Positions 1-9,223 of a DNA stretch of 64,000 bases are shown piece after piece. The notes under the pieces are model-generated. The model was given only the letters and a program-made list of their open reading frames with translations. It did no database searches and was not told the DNA's origin. The stretch's first letter is position 1; each line of letters starts with the position of its first letter. The stretch spans positions 3,753 to 67,752 of the IMG/VR virus record IMGVR_UViG_3300045988_166360. One strand, written 5' to 3'. The DNA is from a virus. The position numbers and the translations under genes are program-made.

Positions 1-2
1 AT

Positions 3-2054
3 GGCACGGCGGCGCAGTTGCTTCATGCAGGTGCCATCCCCATTAAGGGCATTAAAGAGATTAGCTCCCTGGTGAAAGAGTGGGGCCAAATGCGACTGCT
101 GTACAGGAAAGCTCAGGAAGGAGGCATTGGAGCAGAAGCGTCTGCTCAAAAGCTTCTTCAAGCCGAAGAAAACTATAACAAAAAACTGCAATACTGGCAG
201 GAAATCGGCTTGCTTGATGCTGGGCAAATGGAGTTCCTTCGGAATGTTTGGAAACTGGAAGAGTACGCCAAGGTTCAGCAGGAACTGGAATCCGGGGACT
301 TCGAGAATTCTTTCTACAACTTCGTGGAATCCCTAGAGAACAAACGTACAGAGGAATCCCTTAAGGAAAAAGCAAAGGCCACAGCCAAGAAAGCAGTTAA
401 GACAGCAGGGGCTCCTATTGACTGGATGAAACTGGCTTATGGCATGCCGGATGCCGCGGCTAAAATTGCCCTGTTTAGAAACCAGCAGGAGCTGAGCCGC
501 GTGCAGTTAGGTATCCAGCTGGAACGAGCGAAAGCCAGTGACGAACCTAACGCCAGACAGCAGGCTCTTCTTCGTGCATTCGCGGATGGGAAACAGGCGT
601 GGTCAGCTTATGTGGACAGGCACGCGGCCTCCAAAGTAAAGACCCTGCTCCCCACTGCAACCCGCACTCCCTCCTGGGTTAAGACGATGGGGGAATGGAT
701 GGCTCCTTACTTCATGTTCCAGTATCATACCTTCCAGTCCACTATGTACAATGTCGGATATGGAATGGGGGAAATAAATGACGGGGTATGGGCAATCAAC
801 CACGGCAAGAAAAAAGAAGGGGCGTACCTTATATCCCGCGGCACCGGGAGATTCCTGGGTTCCGCGGCGGCCTTACTGGCTGTGCCTGCAATGTCGCGTT
901 GGCTCTGGATTACGGTCCTTCATAATTTACTCGAAGATGACAAAGACAATATTCAAGTGATAGATAATGAAACAGTGCTTCGCAAAATGGCTGAGTCAGG
1001 ACTGTTTCCTACCTATGATAAATTTGGAGACCTGTTAGCCGTGATAGACCGAGACAAGAATACCTTCTCGTATTTTAATTTGGACTATGTAAACCCCTTT
1101 AAGAACATAGTTAAATCCTTTAGCACGTTATGGAGACTGGCAGTAGATTATGATGAGGACCGATGGTCTTCCAACCCCAAGGAAGAACTGCTTAACTTGT
1201 TAAAGACTACCGTTCTCGCTCCTTCCATGCTGGGGTCTACTCTGGTTGCATTGGCTGACGAAGAAAACTATCCTTACCAATATGCCACTGTAGGAGATGA
1301 AAATATTAAACCCCTTGAAGGGATTCTTAACGCTGTGGCTATTGCCGCAGGATTCGCCCCTCAAATGGGAGGGGAACACACCTGGACATTCGCAGAGCGC
1401 ATGGCCAAAAAAGTAAATGATAACCTGCCGTTCTACAACTGGATAATTAAATCAGTTAGACAATTCGGTAGCAACTCACCGGACATAAGTGACAGAGCTT
1501 ACCTTGCTCAAACAATGGGCACAGGCTTACGAAGGCCAATGGATTTATCGGATGCCTGGTCCCGTGGTTTAAAGAACGCACAACGTGCGCTCAATGAAAC
1601 CAAACGCATGTCTATTCTTAAGCCCAACTTCTATTCAAGAATAGATAACAATGCCAACGTAGATTCTATTCTGGCAGAAGAACAGGAAGCAATCATCAGC
1701 CGCTATGTTGACATGGTAAACGCTTGCCGATTTGTCTATGCTCTAAGCAAAAGCCCCTCAAAACAAACCCCGGATACTTCTCTGAAAGTAGTTTTAGAGA
1801 AGTCAGGTGTAAGTGCCAAACAATTCAACGCGGCTTTGTCAGGGGTAATTCCGGGAATAATCAGTAAGGAATCCGCTAAGGAGGCCATCAACCGCCTGAA
1901 CCTTGAAAAAGAAAAGTCAAACCTTACCGACTCTGGACGAAAGGCCATCGAAAAACAAATTGAACTCATTCTTCAGTTCGTGAAGAAGGGTTCCATTGAT
2001 GTCAATGACAGAGCTCTAAGCCAAAAAGAAATCGAAGGAGCTCTTCAACAGTAA
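3..2054 (+). CDS. Large virion-associated protein, C-terminal part (5' end lies outside window)
   Basis: Frame is open from nt 3 with no upstream stop; >680 codons; hydrophobic/Gly-rich segments; stop TAA 2052-2054 followed by hairpin 2082-2108. Function inferred only from size/composition and similarity in character to the large protein at window end. Confidence 0.45.
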   Translation, partial: GTAAQLLHAGAIPIKGIKEISSLVKEWGQMRLLYRKAQEGGIGAEASAQKLLQAEENYNKKLQYWQEIGLLDAGQMEFLRNVWKLEEYAKVQQELESGDFENSFYNFVESLENKRTEESLKEKAKATAKKAVKTAGAPIDWMKLAYGMPDAAAKIALFRNQQELSRVQLGIQLERAKASDEPNARQQALLRAFADGKQAWSAYVDRHAASKVKTLLPTATRTPSWVKTMGEWMAPYFMFQYHTFQSTMYNVGYGMGEINDGVWAINHGKKKEGAYLISRGTGRFLGSAAALLAVPAMSRWLWITVLHNLLEDDKDNIQVIDNETVLRKMAESGLFPTYDKFGDLLAVIDRDKNTFSYFNLDYVNPFKNIVKSFSTLWRLAVDYDEDRWSSNPKEELLNLLKTTVLAPSMLGSTLVALADEENYPYQYATVGDENIKPLEGILNAVAIAAGFAPQMGGEHTWTFAERMAKKVNDNLPFYNWIIKSVRQFGSNSPDISDRAYLAQTMGTGLRRPMDLSDAWSRGLKNAQRALNETKRMSILKPNFYSRIDNNANVDSILAEEQEAIISRYVDMVNACRFVYALSKSPSKQTPDTSLKVVLEKSGVSAKQFNAALSGVIPGIISKESAKEAINRLNLEKEKSNLTDSGRKAIEKQIELILQFVKKGSIDVNDRALSQKEIEGALQQ

Positions 2055-2081
2055 ACAATATTAAAACCTTGACGTATAGGG

Positions 2082-2108
2082 GGCATGGGGAGTACACTTC
2101 CCCATGCC
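2082..2108 (+). terminator. Hairpin (10-bp perfect stem GGCATGGGGA/TCCCCATGCC) followed by TTCTTTTCG
   Basis: Inverted repeat read directly; T-rich tail; 28 nt after stop of upstream ORF. ATG of next ORF lies in 3' arm. Confidence 0.4.
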
Positions 2109-2715
2109 TTCTTTTCGTATCATACCTAACCATGTCAAAGCAACCCCGCCTGGGGGATGGAAATTTATTGTCCCTGAATCCATGAGTGTTCGGTTGAAAG
2201 GTATTAAAATCGAAGGCCCCACACTTGAACAACTTCGAAAGAATGTAACCCGGCTGTTCATAAATAACGGAGAACCTTTTCGTAATGAACAGTTTGAAGA
2301 AGCCTTGTGCTCCACTCTGCCTTTAGAATATTGCATGACTTGTGGAGATAAGGGGATTGAATGGCGAGAATATGAGCCCATGTCCGCACGAAAAGTCCTG
2401 GCTTTCTTCGCCACCATGGTGTTATGGTATAGGCAAGGGCACCGATTTGTAAGCAGTGAAGAGGCCCAACGACGCTATGCTATTTGCAAACAATGCCCAC
2501 GGGCAACCTCAACACCACCGCCCGGCTTGGACAAAGAAGGATGTGCAACATGCGGAGCCGAAGGCGCGGGGAGAAAATTCTTAAAAGAGAAAACACAAAA
2601 TCTTGTGGACCTTGCCAACGGGGAGCCTCCCTTATACTGCACCTTGTGTGGCTGTGACCTGACCGTAAAAGCCCACTTTGATATAGACTCTGACTGTTGG
2701 AAGAAAAAGCCTTGA
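2104..2715 (+). CDS. Cys-rich hypothetical protein (multiple CxxC pairs)
   Basis: 203-aa ORF; CMTCGD, CKQCP, CATCG, CTLCGC motifs suggest zinc-ribbon(s). Start overlaps terminator stem; alternative ATG near 2182. Confidence 0.4.
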   Translation: MPSFRIIPNHVKATPPGGWKFIVPESMSVRLKGIKIEGPTLEQLRKNVTRLFINNGEPFRNEQFEEALCSTLPLEYCMTCGDKGIEWREYEPMSARKVLAFFATMVLWYRQGHRFVSSEEAQRRYAICKQCPRATSTPPPGLDKEGCATCGAEGAGRKFLKEKTQNLVDLANGEPPLYCTLCGCDLTVKAHFDIDSDCWKKKP

Positions 2716-2730
2716 CAATAATAAACACAC

Positions 2731-2760
2731 AAGCCCAGCAGGGAAATCCCTGCTGGGCTT
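2731..2760. terminator. Bidirectional hairpin between convergent genes (AAGCCCAGCAGGGA..TCCCTGCTGGGCTT)
   Basis: 12-14 bp perfect inverted repeat located between + gene ending 2715 and - gene ending 2849. Confidence 0.45.
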
Positions 2761-2848
2761 GATGCTAAGAACCCAAACACTATAGTCCAAATAAAAAGAC
2801 TATCGTTGCGGGATTTTTATATCATGTTATTATTTAAAGTGTCAACCT

Positions 2849-3208
2849 TTATTTTACGATATAGTTTTTATCCGTATAATCTTTCTTGAGTTTAGCAAGA
2901 TGGGATTCGGCCTCTTCCCATTTACTTTTCAATTCCGATACTGTTATTTCGTACTCATAAATAGCTAAACGAATTGCGTCTTCCGCAGTGAGGAATATAT
3001 CTTTATTAAAGATACCTGTATCTTGAGTTCGAAAATGATGATTGATAAAGTGCACTTCAACCTTTTTATTTCCTAAATTGTAGGAGATATAATCTACTTC
3101 TACCCCCAGAATGACAGGCCATCCAGCCTGAGATGATTTGATATATGCTGTACTTCCTTTGTGCAAAGGAATATTTTTGAGCTCTTCGATTTCAAAAGAA
3201 GTTTTCAT
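2849..3208 (-). CDS. Hypothetical protein (119 aa)
   Basis: ORF in minus-strand early block, no recognisable motif. Confidence 0.45.
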   Translation of the reverse strand: MKTSFEIEELKNIPLHKGSTAYIKSSQAGWPVILGVEVDYISYNLGNKKVEVHFINHHFRTQDTGIFNKDIFLTAEDAIRLAIYEYEITVSELKSKWEEAESHLAKLKKDYTDKNYIVK

Positions 3209-3266
3209 TGTATTACTTTTTTAAATTTGTTGGTCTTTCCTGGCAACGCAAGTATAAGGCTAGAGG

Positions 3267-3767
3267 TTATTTAGATTCAAGAGTGGCAACAAGTTGCGTA
3301 ATCATCCCAATACAAGCCTGCAATTCAGAAGCCGGATTAACGTCCGCTAATCTATCATGGGTCCAGATATTAAAAAGACGAACCAGTATTCTATCTTCCG
3401 CACAGTCTTTATAGCTTTTAGCCATCACCGTGCGTTGAAATTGTTTCAGAATAAGATGAAGCTCATAAGTTTCAAACACCTTAGCCCAGTTCTTAGAGTG
3501 ATACTCTAAATACCACCGAGCTTTCTTAAGGTCTTCAACACGCTTCTTTTTATACCGGGAACGCATCAAATACTTTACGGCATTTCCCAAAGCAAAAGGA
3601 AGTTTGCCTGTAATCTCGATAGCTTCAATACCGCTGGGATGAGAAGTATAATGAGAAGGATGATTAACCACATCGTTTGATGTATTATCTTTCTCCGGTA
3701 AATCTGCAAACGCCCTGGTCTTCACTCTACTAGACACTACGGTATTTATTACTTCGTGTTCTTGCAT
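3267..3767 (-). CDS. DUF3310-like phage protein
   Basis: Motif VNHPSHYTSHPSGIEAIEI...GNAVKYLMRSRYKKKRVEDLKKARWYL resembles the conserved PSHY...GIE.I..IE...GNA.KY..R...K...EDL.KA.WYL core recalled for DUF3310 phage proteins. Confidence 0.5.
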   Translation of the reverse strand: MQEHEVINTVVSSRVKTRAFADLPEKDNTSNDVVNHPSHYTSHPSGIEAIEITGKLPFALGNAVKYLMRSRYKKKRVEDLKKARWYLEYHSKNWAKVFETYELHLILKQFQRTVMAKSYKDCAEDRILVRLFNIWTHDRLADVNPASELQACIGMITQLVATLESK

Positions 3768-4350
3768 TTTGTGTAAGTGATTGATAAATTAAACGTTGTC
3801 TATATTTTTGTACAAGATAGTCTGCTTTTAAATAAACTTCGGCTGGGGGTAAGGCCCGCGGGCCGCGAGTGGTGGACCAATTATAACTGACTCGAACCAA
3901 AAACTTAAGAACTTTTTCAGCTATTTTTTTAGCCTCAGAAGAACTGCCTACCTGAGCAACCGCTACATAAGAAAACAATTGATATTTCGCAGGCCCCCCT
4001 ACAACATAATAACGATTCTGGTTTTTTTTCCATAAAAGACTTTCTGCTTTCCTATTTTTAGCATACACGTTTATAAAATCACAAGCAAGGAAGCCTCCAT
4101 AATCCAACTCCCTTGCACCTAAAGATTTTTTCTCCGAAAGCTTTGTGTCTTTCCACCTTTCATGTGCAGGCAGATAGCTTTTTAGGTTCTCTAAAAATGC
4201 TTCTCTTGCCTTACGTGCGTTTCGTAAATACCTGTACCGGATTAAAGCACGGTATCTTGGAGTATCTGGAAAAGTCTTATATAAACCTTCACCGTAATAA
4301 TATCGAAGAGACATCTTGTAGAATAGCAGGAATATAAATTCGAGAACCAC
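3730..4350 (-). CDS. Hypothetical basic protein (206 aa; probable true start at internal Met near 4314)
   Basis: ORF overlaps both neighbours; Arg/Lys/Tyr-rich; no motif recognised. Confidence 0.4.
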   Translation of the reverse strand: MVLEFIFLLFYKMSLRYYYGEGLYKTFPDTPRYRALIRYRYLRNARKAREAFLENLKSYLPAHERWKDTKLSEKKSLGARELDYGGFLACDFINVYAKNRKAESLLWKKNQNRYYVVGGPAKYQLFSYVAVAQVGSSSEAKKIAEKVLKFLVRVSYNWSTTRGPRALPPAEVYLKADYLVQKYRQRLIYQSLTQNARTRSNKYRSV

Positions 4351-4978
4351 AGTCGGGGGTATCCTTAAAAGCCCAGGCTAAACCATATTTATCTTCCATA
4401 CCTTTTCGAAGAGTATGGAAAAGACTTCGAATTTGAGGCTGAGCAGAACTGTCCAAACGCATACGGAAGATATGTCTCCACTCCCGGAGGTTGGTAGTCA
4501 CGGCAATGGTTGTAGCAGTACAGTTAGGGAGAAGACCGCGGGCTTCTTCAGGCGGCAATCCTTCTTTAATAAGGTTCTCATAAGAATCCACCATTGTCTG
4601 ACACCTACCCTTGAACAACATGATAGGCGAAAAAGACAAGGAACGGTCTCCAAAGAACTGAGGCTTAACCAGTTGAATAGTTCCTTTCTTATTATAGTTC
4701 ACATACCGCTGGGACTCCATGGAGAAAGCGCAGTGGCGGTGACGTACCAACTGATGGGTCACACTTCTATCTGTAGTCAGAACTGCGGAGATTGTAATAT
4801 GTTCCAGCACACTTTCATGTCCCCGGTGGAGAATTTTAGACAAGAAATCATGAGGGCTTCCTTTAGTCTCACTTTTATAACAAGTGCGCCCTGCTTTTTC
4901 TGCCATAGCTACTGCCTCAGAAACTGTCTCCTGACTAAGAGGAAGACGCACCTGCTGTTCAATCCATTCAATGTTCAT
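4289..4978 (-). CDS. thyX: Flavin-dependent thymidylate synthase ThyX
   Basis: 229 aa; contains ThyX signature RHR-x7-S (LVRHRHCAFSMESQRY) and overall ThyX-like size. Confidence 0.8.
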   Translation of the reverse strand: MNIEWIEQQVRLPLSQETVSEAVAMAEKAGRTCYKSETKGSPHDFLSKILHRGHESVLEHITISAVLTTDRSVTHQLVRHRHCAFSMESQRYVNYNKKGTIQLVKPQFFGDRSLSFSPIMLFKGRCQTMVDSYENLIKEGLPPEEARGLLPNCTATTIAVTTNLREWRHIFRMRLDSSAQPQIRSLFHTLRKGMEDKYGLAWAFKDTPDCGSRIYIPAILQDVSSILLR

Positions 4979-5264
4979 TGTTGTCTGTTCTGTTTAAGAG
5001 TTCTTTAAATCTTTCCTCAGCTTCCACAATGTTAGTGTAAGTCCACCCATAACTCCCCCATTCTTCAGGACTGGGCAAATATTCGTCCCCTGCTTTAACT
5101 CCTGTGAAGTCATTGTCTTTCAACCGGGTTCGGACAAGAACAACTTCATAATTCTTACGTACCCATTCGGGGCAAGTCTGTACATAAAGAGCTACGTTTC
5201 TTTTCCTTCTTATCAGAGTAAGTGTAAAGGGTTTTCTAATATATTTGTCAGGAATCTTTTTCAT
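4968..5264 (-). CDS. Hypothetical protein (98 aa)
   Basis: ORF; contains VKAGDEYL beta-strand motif loosely like KGDxV motifs elsewhere. Confidence 0.4.
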   Translation of the reverse strand: MKKIPDKYIRKPFTLTLIRRKRNVALYVQTCPEWVRKNYEVVLVRTRLKDNDFTGVKAGDEYLPSPEEWGSYGWTYTNIVEAEERFKELLNRTDNNEH

Positions 5265-5293
5265 TTAGTGGTATTGTAAATTAAGTTTTTATG

Positions 5294-5548
5294 TTAATTC
5301 AAGCTTGAGGTTTCGTTTGGCTGAGGGATAATACCAGAAGTTACCGCAATTTGTATTTCCTCTTTTATAATTTGCTCTAACTGAGAAGAAGGTTCAAATA
5401 TCAGGTTAGCATAGAAACAACCAACATATCTGTCTATAGACATAGGGATACCTTTCTTCTTAGCCGCCTTATAAAAAACGGGGATATACTCTTTGAGAAA
5501 ACTTCGTACTAATTTTTCATGCTTCTGAATTAAAAATCTCTTCCTCAT
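5294..5548 (-). CDS. Small hypothetical protein, tandem paralog A (84 aa)
   Basis: Paralogous to 5578..5820 (shared YKxAxKKGIxxxxDxYxG and EEIQ/VQxAV motifs); upstream intergenic sequences also duplicated. Confidence 0.45.
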   Translation of the reverse strand: MRKRFLIQKHEKLVRSFLKEYIPVFYKAAKKKGIPMSIDRYVGCFYANLIFEPSSQLEQIIKEEIQIAVTSGIIPQPNETSSLN

Positions 5549-5577
5549 TTAATGGTATTATAAATTAAGATTTTATG

Positions 5578-5820
5578 TTAATCCAAGTTTTGAGGTCTTC
5601 TTAAAACAATGCCGGGACGTGGGATGTCCATCCTCTCTACTGCCCATTGGACTTCTTCCCGCACTATAGAATCAATAGCCTGGGCACCAAGTCTACCAAC
5701 TGCAATCCCAATATAATTGTCCATAGTCAGGTCAATCCCCTTCTTCTGAGCCCTCTTATACCACAATGGGATATTCTTTTTAAGATAGTGTCGAATTAAA
5801 TCCTCCTTCATACTTACCAT
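5578..5820 (-). CDS. Small hypothetical protein, tandem paralog B (80 aa)
   Basis: See 5294..5548; tandem duplication including leader (ttaatggtattataaattaag... vs gtggtattgtaaattaag...). Confidence 0.45.
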   Translation of the reverse strand: MVSMKEDLIRHYLKKNIPLWYKRAQKKGIDLTMDNYIGIAVGRLGAQAIDSIVREEVQWAVERMDIPRPGIVLRRPQNLD

Positions 5821-6380
5821 TGAGTTATCACGGACACATTATGGCCTTGCCAGTGGTAATGCTTTTCCACCTTGCCCTCTTTATCCCTTGTCACCACGGA
5901 AACCGAGGTTCCATCCCCACCCGAGGCGACATCAAGGTCCGATACTTTGAGACCTTTAAATGTCCCCACGCCTTTACTGCCTACCATTACAGCACACCAT
6001 TCATATTCGGCATCCACGAAAGCCGGGGAACCCGCGGGTTCACAGGAAGTAAAACATATAACAGCAACCAGGCCCAACAGGATAGCCAAAACCAACATAC
6101 TGATTTTATGAGTTAAGTGCTTCATATATTTTCGGTGTCTTCTTCGTTTAAGTTTGAGTTGTTTTTTAATTCTTTTCCGATTGTTCTTAACCTGAAAGCG
6201 CACATTGTCCGGCAGAGGTTTAAGGTAAGGGCGCATCCTTTCCAGCTCGTAGAAAAACAGGAGAACATACCCGCAGGTAGCGCATACTATTTGTGGGTCA
6301 GAACCATCAGTAACCTGATAGGGGGCCCCACATATAGGACATACGAGGGAATCAGTTGAGGATGATTTTTGACTTGGCAT
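5814..6380 (-). CDS. Zinc-ribbon protein fused to basic linker and signal-peptide/lipobox-like segment (188 aa)
   Basis: N-term CPICGAPYQ...CATCGY zinc ribbon; KR-rich stretch; hydrophobic MLVLAILLGLVAVICFTSC followed by C-terminal domain. Could be one protein or internal start. Confidence 0.4.
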   Translation of the reverse strand: MPSQKSSSTDSLVCPICGAPYQVTDGSDPQIVCATCGYVLLFFYELERMRPYLKPLPDNVRFQVKNNRKRIKKQLKLKRRRHRKYMKHLTHKISMLVLAILLGLVAVICFTSCEPAGSPAFVDAEYEWCAVMVGSKGVGTFKGLKVSDLDVASGGDGTSVSVVTRDKEGKVEKHYHWQGHNVSVITQW

Positions 6381-6942
6381 CTTCTACACGTTGTTGCAAA
6401 ACTTCCTTGCTGATATAGGAGTATTCAGAAAGCTTCAACACTTTCTGGCTTACGACACTGGCCAGGACTGTAAAATACCTGAAGGTATTAAAGGGTTCCT
6501 TGGATTCCTTGGATTCCTTGGATTCCTTGGAATGATAGGAGACAAGCATATGAACAGCCATAACAAGAACAATAGCACGGACTATCGTATTTGTATCTGT
6601 GTACATGGCACACGCTTTTCCTTCATTCTCAATTTCCTGAGTGAACATGACATAATCCCGGAGTTGAGTGACATATTCCACCGCCTTTTCCAGCATAAAT
6701 TTAATCCCTTGAACCGGGGGAGGCACGACTCCGGGGAACAGGGAAGCGGCATGTTCCCCAATCGCCACGGCTTTTTCAGCCACCTCTTCCGCAGAAGCAT
6801 TTTTAGCCAAGCCGAAATCAGGGATGGATTCCCAAGCCAGTTCCAGTTCTGCCTTAAGCTTAATGAATTCCGGCTCTTTCATCTCCTGGGCCACCGCCTC
6901 TGTAACAGCGTCAAGGACAATTTCTTTTTTAATATCAGTCAT
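6352..6942 (-). CDS. Hypothetical protein with SKESKESKE repeat (196 aa)
   Basis: ORF; internal 9-bp tandem array (6494-6532) encodes SKE x4. Confidence 0.45.
   Translation of the reverse strand: MTDIKKEIVLDAVTEAVAQEMKEPEFIKLKAELELAWESIPDFGLAKNASAEEVAEKAVAIGEHAASLFPGVVPPPVQGIKFMLEKAVEYVTQLRDYVMFTQEIENEGKACAMYTDTNTIVRAIVLVMAVHMLVSYHSKESKESKESKEPFNTFRYFTVLASVVSQKVLKLSEYSYISKEVLQQRVEDAKSKIILN
6494..6532. repeat. 9-bp tandem repeat ggattcctt x4
   Basis: Read directly; in-frame within minus-strand ORF. Confidence 0.8.
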
Positions 6943-6947
6943 ACTTC

Positions 6948-7421
6948 TTAATCAATAAAATTCGGAACGACAAATACAGCGTCATGTGAGGCTCCTTTGT
7001 GAACCTCTGCCTCCTTCACTGTAATTTTCATCTGGTTTTCAACCAGAGAAAGGAGGACTAAAGAATCCCGGCTGAAAATCTGTTCTTCACCCGTTTCAAT
7101 GTTCTTGCAAACAAACCCAGGTTTCCTGCCATTGGAGAACCTAACCACCACATAATCCCTGCATCTAGATGTTTGATGAGCATACAGAAGGTATCGAACT
7201 ACATCTCCTACTTCCAAATAGCGTAACGGAAGGTAAAGCATCCGGGTGAGGTCATATGGCTGAGCCATAATTAAAGAAGAAACCGGATTTGTTAAGGGCT
7301 TAACCAGATAGTTATGGTCTTTTTTCAAAAGGATTCCGGGATTTATTCCCTTGTAAAGAACAAGGTCTCCAACTTCCAGAGGGTTTATCTGGTCTATAAG
7401 TAATCTAAGATTTATACTCAT
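6948..7421 (-). CDS. Hypothetical protein with two KOW/SH3-like 'VGDxVxY' beta-motifs (157 aa)
   Basis: EVGDLVLYKG and EVGDVVRYLL internal repeat; motif resembles KGDxVRY of paralog family at 45230-46477. Confidence 0.45.
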   Translation of the reverse strand: MSINLRLLIDQINPLEVGDLVLYKGINPGILLKKDHNYLVKPLTNPVSSLIMAQPYDLTRMLYLPLRYLEVGDVVRYLLYAHQTSRCRDYVVVRFSNGRKPGFVCKNIETGEEQIFSRDSLVLLSLVENQMKITVKEAEVHKGASHDAVFVVPNFID

Positions 7422-7585
7422 TTTCTTTTATATTTACGGTTAAGTATTATATACTGTAGGAAAGCATCCCCTATGATATAGAATATCATCCCACACCAAC
7501 AAAGGAGCAATACTGTACCAATGAAGAATAAAATGTCAATCATGAAAACATTATAATTGAACAGGGAAGAGTAGGGGGCTTCCAG

Positions 7586-8155
7586 CTAGGCACGGAGGTT
7601 ATCCTGTAGGGAACCACCCAGAGCAAGGCTTTCTATTTCTTCTTCCGTCACGTCATTTAGCCTGATAGCCAAAGCTTCTTCGGCAAAATCCACAAGCACT
7701 ACCCCCTCCGGTTCCAGAAAGGCCGGGCGATATTTAACTTCCTGGGTCAAAGCGGGACGCGCCTTAAAGAGAGCGGCATAAAGGCTTGTGGAGTATCTGA
7801 CCGCATTGATTCCCGGACGGCGGGGAGTATAATACAGAGTGGCGTATTTATGTTCCTTCCCGCGCTTTACAACGGGGGTTTCCAGCCGCATCACCATGAC
7901 GCTTCTGTTCTTGTGGTCATTATGATAAATCACAGGCAATGTGATTTTGGATTTATCAAAAGAAGCCGGACCGAACCCGTAGCTTTCCAGCTCAAGGATA
8001 GCCGGAGTCCATGGGTTCCATGGGATAGTAAGTAGAGTTAGCGTATCTACTATAAACAGAGGGTCAGAGGGTATCTTTTCTCCATAAATATCAGGATTCT
8101 TCTTTACATAGTCAGTAAGAAGCCATAGTTGTTGTGCCAGTGCGATAGATTTCAT
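7586..8155 (-). CDS. Hypothetical protein (189 aa)
   Basis: ORF in early block; no motif recognised. Confidence 0.45.
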   Translation of the reverse strand: MKSIALAQQLWLLTDYVKKNPDIYGEKIPSDPLFIVDTLTLLTIPWNPWTPAILELESYGFGPASFDKSKITLPVIYHNDHKNRSVMVMRLETPVVKRGKEHKYATLYYTPRRPGINAVRYSTSLYAALFKARPALTQEVKYRPAFLEPEGVVLVDFAEEALAIRLNDVTEEEIESLALGGSLQDNLRA

Positions 8156-8192
8156 TCTAGTGTCAGGGGTTAAAGTTATATAAAGATTCTAA

Positions 8193-8540
8193 TCAATAGA
8201 CCGCAGGAGATATACCATAATCTTCCAGTATGCGAGCGTTTAAACATGCCAAGTTCTGGTGTTTATACATGCGCTTTCGGCACATATGAATGGCAACCTC
8301 CATTAAAAACTGGGGAACAAACCAGAACAACACCAAAAACGTCCACACGGAGAATGGTACGAAAGGTCCATATAAAATACTTATAAGAAGAATGGTACTA
8401 CTGGAAATAAAACCCACTAAGCTCACAGCAAAAGAAAACCTGTCAAAAAGGCTCCACCAAAAATGGTATTTATCAGCCATTCTTATGTGCTTCAAATATC
8501 TGGCACGAGTCTCCAACATAGTAGTATCAAAAGAATTCAT
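8193..8540 (-). CDS. Small membrane protein (two predicted TM helices)
   Basis: Hydrophobic stretches FAVSLVGFISSSTILLISILYGPFVPFSVWTFLVLFWFVP. Confidence 0.45.
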   Translation of the reverse strand: MNSFDTTMLETRARYLKHIRMADKYHFWWSLFDRFSFAVSLVGFISSSTILLISILYGPFVPFSVWTFLVLFWFVPQFLMEVAIHMCRKRMYKHQNLACLNARILEDYGISPAVY

Positions 8541-8562
8541 AGCGTAATGTAAGGCTCTACGT

Positions 8563-9171
8563 TTAACGGAACACTACTTTAATTTCGGTTACATCCGAGT
8601 TCTCCTTCTTAGCAACAACTGTGCTGAACTTCACCATACAGGGGAGGAACATTTTTTCAACTAGACGGCGTGCTTTAATAGATTTCTGTTTCAACGTTCC
8701 AGGTTTATCACAGTTCAACAACCGAAACTTCATGTAAGATAAACTCTGGTCAACCATAAAATCCACCGCACCCAGTTCATCCGCAACCTTAAGTCCCACG
8801 TCATTCCAGTTCTGGTTGATTACGGCTAAAAAAATATTAGCCCATTCAGTTGCATCTTTAAAGGACAAGGAGGCCACATCCAAAAGAGCCAGAGCCTGCC
8901 CGTTCCACTTCAACCTATAAAGACGGGTGACATATGAGGTAAGGGAAATGCGTTGCAATTCAACGGCGTATGGTCTTCTATACGGTTTCACGAACGCCGA
9001 ACCTTCCCCGTTCCAAACCTTCGAATTTTCAATCCGTACAGAATCTTCTTCCGCGTGTAAGGACAGGAAGGAAGGTTGAATCATGTTTACATAAGTAACC
9101 AACCTAACCCATTCAGTACGGGAAAGTTCTTCACGGGTTCTGCAATTAGTGTTTACTCGAAAAGCTTTCAT
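8563..9171 (-). CDS. Hypothetical protein (202 aa)
   Basis: ORF; no motif recognised. Confidence 0.45.
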   Translation of the reverse strand: MKAFRVNTNCRTREELSRTEWVRLVTYVNMIQPSFLSLHAEEDSVRIENSKVWNGEGSAFVKPYRRPYAVELQRISLTSYVTRLYRLKWNGQALALLDVASLSFKDATEWANIFLAVINQNWNDVGLKVADELGAVDFMVDQSLSYMKFRLLNCDKPGTLKQKSIKARRLVEKMFLPCMVKFSTVVAKKENSDVTEIKVVFR

Positions 9172-9223
9172 GCGTTATATAGGTATTTAAATAATGCTTT
9201 AGTTTAGAATAAGTATCGTTATA

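Noticed and set aside
6391-6951. Plus-strand ORF 6391..6951 (186 aa)
   Set aside because: It overlaps the minus-strand ORF 6352..6942 completely. The minus strand fits the uninterrupted early gene block, and the plus ORF consists of FLG/FLGF repeats generated by the array.
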